Of a stretch of DNA of 64,000 nucleotides, positions 63,774-64,000 are shown in pieces. Within the stretch, counting starts at the first letter, position 1, and each line of letters begins with the position of its first letter. This DNA is from a virus, in the IMG/VR virus record IMGVR_UViG_3300005549_000009, positions 3,083-67,082 of that record. The stretch is one strand, 5' to 3'. The position numbers were made by a program, and so were the translations under genes. Under the pieces are notes generated by a model. The model ran no database searches, had not been told where the DNA came from, and was given only the letters and a program-made list of their open reading frames with translations.

Positions 63774-64000
63774 TGCTTACCGATGATGACAGATACATCT
63801 ATGGCTGCATCAGTGCGGGGCTGCCAGCGGAACGGATAGCAGCAAAACTCTGCATCACAGTCGAAGAGGTTCGGCGGAGATTCGAAGCGATCAAGGCGGC
63901 TGCAATTTCCCTGGATGAAACGGGCCTTGAAAATCTCGTTCAAGTTTTCAACACCGTCTGTTTGCAACATCAAATGATAGGCGAAGGACTCAAGGTCCTG
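63773..64000 (+). CDS. HTH-like protein, truncated by window end
   Basis: TAATG coupling; GLPAERIAAKLCITVEEVRRR; open to edge. Confidence 0.55.
   Translation, partial: MLTDDDRYIYGCISAGLPAERIAAKLCITVEEVRRRFEAIKAAAISLDETGLENLVQVFNTVCLQHQMIGEGLKVL

Noticed and set aside
1-64000. Minus-strand ORFs in the track (e.g. 22841..24052, 7151..7996, 21231..22019, 48202..48969)
   Set aside because: They shadow well-supported + strand genes in GC-rich DNA and show no recognisable motifs

Overview
The window holds most of a tailed dsDNA phage genome with a lambda-like long non-contractile tail, and every credible gene is on the + strand. It opens inside the major capsid gene and closes in the head region, so it looks like a circular or permuted genome missing a short head segment. 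Order: neck and tail genes (1-17 kb); SNF2 helicase, DNA methyltransferase and envelope proteins (17-24 kb); recombination and replication genes (24-35 kb); small accessory genes with structured intergenic DNA (35-48 kb); terminase, portal and gp7 (48-54.6 kb); then a ~8.4 kb glycosyltransferase/methyltransferase/dioxygenase cluster inside the head operon. No integrase, repressor, tRNA or CRISPR array was seen. Main observations: (1) about 12 sigma-28-type promoters, 8 of them ending 6-7 nt before a start codon (apparently leaderless mRNAs), plus sigma-70 sites and one sigma-54-like site with the same geometry; (2) a probable virion glycosylation pathway; (3) an SbcC/Rad50-like ATPase split into two separately promoted genes; (4) several intergenic multi-stem RNA candidates, a repeated CCGAAC(T/C)GA leader motif and a KhpA-like KH protein; (5) secreted proteins hinting at a Verrucomicrobiota/PVC host. 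All calls come from reading motifs by eye; no searches were run.
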